Positions 60,969 to 64,000 of a stretch of DNA of 64,000 nucleotides are shown here, piece after piece. Position numbers and translations under genes: made by a program. The notes below the pieces were generated by a model, which did no database searches, had not been told where the DNA came from, and saw only the letters and a list, made by a program, of their open reading frames with translations. Within the stretch, counting starts at the first letter, position 1. The number at the start of each line of letters is the position of its first letter. The stretch is taken from contig CABSCP010000019.1 in the NCBI GenBank assembly GCA_902476265.1, forward strand, positions 9,934 through 73,933. Direction: 5' to 3'. This DNA comes from an uncultured Lachnospiraceae bacterium (GTDB taxonomy: Bacteria; Bacillota; Clostridia; Lachnospirales; Lachnospiraceae).

Positions 60969-60999
60969 TTGACATTCAAGCCGGTTTAAGGTTCAAAAT
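60969..60999 (+). promoter_or_regulatory. MerR-type promoter (19-nt spacer with an imperfect dyad) in front of the MerR gene
   Basis: TTGACA (60969-60974), 19-nt spacer containing AAGCCGGTTT, then CAAAAT (60994-60999). Confidence 0.4.
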
Positions 61000-61027
61000 A
61001 AAAATGAAGATAAGGAGGATGTGAGCG

Positions 61028-61642
61028 GTGAACATTAAAGATGCAGAAAAAGCGACAGGACTGAAAAAAGCGAATATTCGCTTTTATGAGCAAGAAGGAC
61101 TTTTAAAGCCAAAGCGGAATGAGCAGAATAATTATCGCCAGTACGATCAGGAAAATGTCAATACACTGGTGCAGATCAAAGTCCTACGCCAGCTGGGCGT
61201 TTCTGTACAGGATATCAACAGGCTTTTTGAAAAAACGGTTACCATTCAGGAAGTTATGGAAGCAAGGGAAAAGGAACTTTATGCGGAGATTGAACAAAGG
61301 GAAGAGATGGTAGCGGTGTGCAGAAAAGTGGGAAAGCAAATTCAAAGGCTGCAGGATCTGGATGAAACAATTTTGGGTGGAGACAGGAAGTATTGGATAA
61401 AGAAAGAAAGAAAAGTATTACGGTTGGACAGAATCCGTCATCAGGAACAATTGCAGGAACGGTTAAAAATGGGAATGTTATCGCTGCTGGTTTTTTATTG
61501 GATTCTGCGGATTGCCGGATGGATTGTGAGCTGGCAGCCGCCATTTACGCTTGTGGTTGGTTTTTTAATCGTGGAGCTGGGGCTTCTGGGAATTTGGGCC
61601 TGGGTGCATCTCGGGAGGATGAAGGAAAAGATAGAGGTATGA
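61028..61642 (+). CDS. MerR-family regulator with C-terminal transmembrane helices
   Basis: GTG start follows AAGGAGG. N-terminal MerR HTH (IKDAEKATGLKKANIRFYEQEGLL), a coiled coil, then two hydrophobic helices (LSLLVFYWILRIAGWIV; LVVGFLIVELGLLGIWAWV). Confidence 0.8.
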   Translation: MNIKDAEKATGLKKANIRFYEQEGLLKPKRNEQNNYRQYDQENVNTLVQIKVLRQLGVSVQDINRLFEKTVTIQEVMEAREKELYAEIEQREEMVAVCRKVGKQIQRLQDLDETILGGDRKYWIKKERKVLRLDRIRHQEQLQERLKMGMLSLLVFYWILRIAGWIVSWQPPFTLVVGFLIVELGLLGIWAWVHLGRMKEKIEV

Positions 61643-61938
61643 AGTTTTTAGTTTGCTGGTTGTCAAATCAATGTAGCGTCGTTTGGCAGATGTAAACCAG
61701 GAAGACTGCGCTGGCGAAAAAGATGCAGAATAAATCCGACGGAAATATGACATGGCTTTTCAAAAGCTGCGCGCTGGAGAAAGATAGCATGGCAGGATAC
61801 TGAAAAAGGTTTCTAATTGGCGTAGCAGAGACGGGCAGGCGCAAGATGAAAAATGCCGCAATCTCGAAAACGCATGATGGCGTTTCCTCGATCGCGAGGC
61901 TTCGCCATATAAAAAAACAGAAAAAAACATTCGGAACC

Positions 61939-61972
61939 GCAGGCGCTTCCGCCTGCTTTTTTCTGTTTTTTT
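61939..61972. terminator. Bidirectional terminator upstream of the S10 operon promoter
   Basis: Stem GCAGGCG / CGCCTGC. The following TTTTTTCTGTTTTTTT is mirrored by AAAAAAACAGAAAAAAA at 61911-61927. Confidence 0.7.
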
Positions 61973-62043
61973 GCATTTTTCATCTTTTCGGCGAATGTAC
62001 TATACTTAATACAAAAATTTCGTGAAAAATTTTTAGAAAACTC

Positions 62044-62072
62044 TTGCAATTCCGTTTATTATCCTTTATACT
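62044..62072 (+). promoter_or_regulatory. S10 operon promoter
   Basis: TTGCAA (62044-62049), 17-nt spacer, TATACT (62067-62072). A leader of about 300 nt follows. Confidence 0.6.
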
Positions 62073-62378
62073 ATCAATTGCTGTGACATGATAGCTGTGA
62101 AGCGTGAGGTTGCTGTCCGGGAAAATACATAATTCCGGCAGGTTTTCCGTGGAGCGAATGTCAAGTTAGAAAACTGACGACAAGTCACTGTACCAGAAAA
62201 CAGCACCTGGCTGCAGGCAGTAAGCCTGAACAGGCAGGGGAAACGACGTGTAAGTTCGCCGATAGGTGAAAGGAAGGTTCCTTTCAGGGTTGCTTATCAA
62301 GAGGACACACACGGGAGAGTGTACAGTCACCGCTTGTCGCACTTATTTCAAAAGCGCGAAAAGGAGGCGACTTTTTTT

Positions 62379-62696
62379 ATGGCAAATCAGGTAATGCGTA
62401 TTACACTGAAAGCTTACGATCATCAGTTGGTTGATGCGTCTGCGAAGAAAATCATTGAAACAGTCAAGAAAAACGGAGCACAGGTGAGCGGACCGGTACC
62501 GCTTCCCACAAAGAAGGAAGTAGTTACAATCCTGCGTGCCGTACACAAGTACAAAGACTCCAGAGAACAGTTCGAACGCAGAACACACAAGAGACTGATC
62601 GATATCATCACACCTACACCCAAGACGGTTGATGCACTGCAGAGACTGGAAATGCCGGCCGGTGTGTACATTGATATCAAAATGAAAAACAAATAA
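62379..62696 (+). CDS. rpsJ: 30S ribosomal protein S10
   Basis: [22 protein letters not shown] 62379 follows AAGGAGG. Confidence 0.95.
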   Translation: MANQVMRITLKAYDHQLVDASAKKIIETVKKNGAQVSGPVPLPTKKEVVTILRAVHKYKDSREQFERRTHKRLIDIITPTPKTVDALQRLEMPAGVYIDIKMKNK

Positions 62697-62818
62697 GCGA
62701 GCAGCAAAGAAAACCTCTACAAAGACGTATGAATAGTCCAACTGCTTTAACCGCTTCTTATTAAGAAGGAGGAAAGCTGCGAACATTCCGCTATGTAGAA
62801 AGACTAGGAGGTCAAACA

Positions 62819-63502
62819 ATGAAAAAAGCGATTTTAGCTACCAAAGTCGGAATGACTCAGATCTTCAACGAAGACGGCGTACTGGTTCCGGTAACCGTTC
62901 TTCAGGCTGGTCCCTGTGTTGTAACACAGATCAAGACCGTTGAAAACGATGGATACGAAGCAGTTCAGGTTGGTTTCGTAGACAAGAAGGAAAAGATTGT
63001 CAACAAAGACAAGGCCGGCAAGAAAGAAGTCATCCACAGACACGGTGTTAATAAGGCTCTGAAAGGACACTTTGACAAAGCCGGTGTTTCCTGCAAGAGA
63101 TATGTAAGAGAATTCAAATTCGACAATGCTTCCGAGTATGCACTGGCTCAGGAAATCAAAGCTGATATCTTTGCGGCAGGCGACAAGATCGACGCTACTG
63201 CAACCAGCAAAGGTAAAGGATTCCAGGGCGCAATCAAGAGATTCGGCCAGCACAGAGGTCCCATGGCTCACGGTTCCAAATTCCACCGCCATCAGGGTTC
63301 CAACGGTGCCTGCTCCTCTCCGAGCCGCGTATTCAAAGGCAAAGGTATGCCTGGTCACATGGGCTGCGTAAGAGTTACCGTTCAGAATCTGGAAGTTGTC
63401 AGAGTTGACGCAGAAAAGAATCTGCTTCTGGTAAAAGGCGCAGTGCCGGGCCCTAAGAAAGCTTTGGTAACAATCAAAGAAACCACTAAAGTGGAGGCTT
63501 AA
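62819..63502 (+). CDS. rplC: 50S ribosomal protein L3
   Basis: [12 protein letters not shown]...GKGFQG signature. Confidence 0.95.
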   Translation: MKKAILATKVGMTQIFNEDGVLVPVTVLQAGPCVVTQIKTVENDGYEAVQVGFVDKKEKIVNKDKAGKKEVIHRHGVNKALKGHFDKAGVSCKRYVREFKFDNASEYALAQEIKADIFAAGDKIDATATSKGKGFQGAIKRFGQHRGPMAHGSKFHRHQGSNGACSSPSRVFKGKGMPGHMGCVRVTVQNLEVVRVDAEKNLLLVKGAVPGPKKALVTIKETTKVEA

Positions 63503-63525
63503 ATTAGGAAAGGAGGACCACACAG

Positions 63526-64000
63526 ATGGCAAACGTATCTGTTTTAAATATGGAAGGCAAGGAAGTTGGCACAATTGAATTAAACGATGCGGTATTCGGC
63601 GTTACAGTAAACGAACACCTGGTACACATGGCAGTTGTACAGCAGCTTGCAAATAATCGTCAGGGAACACAGAAAGCAAAGACACGTTCTGAAGTTTCCG
63701 GCGGCGGAAGAAAACCCTGGAGACAGAAGGGAACCGGTCATGCGAGACAGGGTTCAACCAGAGCTCCTCAGTGGACAGGAGGCGGCGTTGTATTCGCTCC
63801 CGTTCCGAGAGACTACTCCTTCAAGCTCAACAGAAAAGAAAAGAGAGCAGCATTAAAGTCCGCTCTGACAAGCAGAGTGCAGGCTTCCAAGCTGGTAGTT
63901 GTAGATGAACTGAAATTTGACGGAATCAAGACAAAGAGCTTCGCACAGGTTATGAAGAACCTGGATGTGAACAACGGCTTGGTTATCGTGAATGAGAACG
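63526..64000 (+). CDS. rplD: 50S ribosomal protein L4, 3' end cut by window edge
   Basis: ATG 63526 follows AGGAGG. The translation begins MANVSVLNMEGKEVG and the frame is open to the end of the window, so it is absent from the ORF track. Confidence 0.9.
   Translation, partial: MANVSVLNMEGKEVGTIELNDAVFGVTVNEHLVHMAVVQQLANNRQGTQKAKTRSEVSGGGRKPWRQKGTGHARQGSTRAPQWTGGGVVFAPVPRDYSFKLNRKEKRAALKSALTSRVQASKLVVVDELKFDGIKTKSFAQVMKNLDVNNGLVIVNEN

Noticed and set aside
61639-61695. 18-aa ORF (MKFLVCWLSNQCSVVWQM) whose ATG overlaps the merR stop codon.
   Set aside because: The SD spacing is too short, and there is no supporting feature beyond the overlap. It would need conservation data.

Overview
This 64-kb chromosomal segment reads like a Clostridia or Lachnospiraceae-type Firmicute. 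That placement is an inference from gene content and translated sequences; no database search was possible. Most of it is core housekeeping DNA on the + strand. In order: the 3' part of dnaE, pfkA, ktrBA-type K+ uptake, a TrmH methyltransferase, proC, two tandem SH3b-SleB cell-wall hydrolase paralogs, an NfeD/SPFH pair, argF, birA, coaX, dusB, greA, lysS, a small HTH gene plus glf, and an AGE-family epimerase. Then comes the classical translation/transcription cluster: rpmG-secE-nusG-rplK-rplA, rplJ-rplL, rpoB-rpoC, rpsL-rpsG-fusA-tuf, and rpsJ-rplC-rplD, which runs off the window end. That cluster is interrupted twice. A 3-gene block (CapA-like, AraC, EamA/DMT) sits between rplA and rplJ. About 20 kb of mixed-orientation cargo sits between tuf and rpsJ: HD protein, nrdDG, Crp/Fnr, BlaI-DUF2752-M56 peptidase, a methyltransferase, a two-component/ABC module, LysR plus split ChrA, NUDIX, a CBM9-like protein, an Rpn-family nuclease, a metallophosphoesterase with a Pro/Cys-tailed membrane protein, and a membrane-anchored MerR. 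I saw no rRNA, tRNA, CRISPR array, IS element or integrase. I cannot demonstrate a clear new multi-gene system. The observations most worth follow-up are: (1) the Rpn-like gene has an internal in-frame SD+ATG that could make an RpnS-like intragenic antitoxin, and it sits behind a strong promoter and a structured leader; (2) the M56 (BlaR1-like) gene is separated by one in-frame TAA from a 132-codon open extension that has no start signal of its own; (3) an unannotated 33-codon hydrophobic peptide gene has its own SD, promoter and terminator; (4) a metallophosphoesterase is paired with a membrane protein carrying a 17-Cys Pro/Cys-repeat tail; (5) long untranslated leaders and spacers lie in front of rpsJ and between rpsL and rpsG. 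All functional calls rest on motif recognition in the supplied translations and on reading the DNA by eye.
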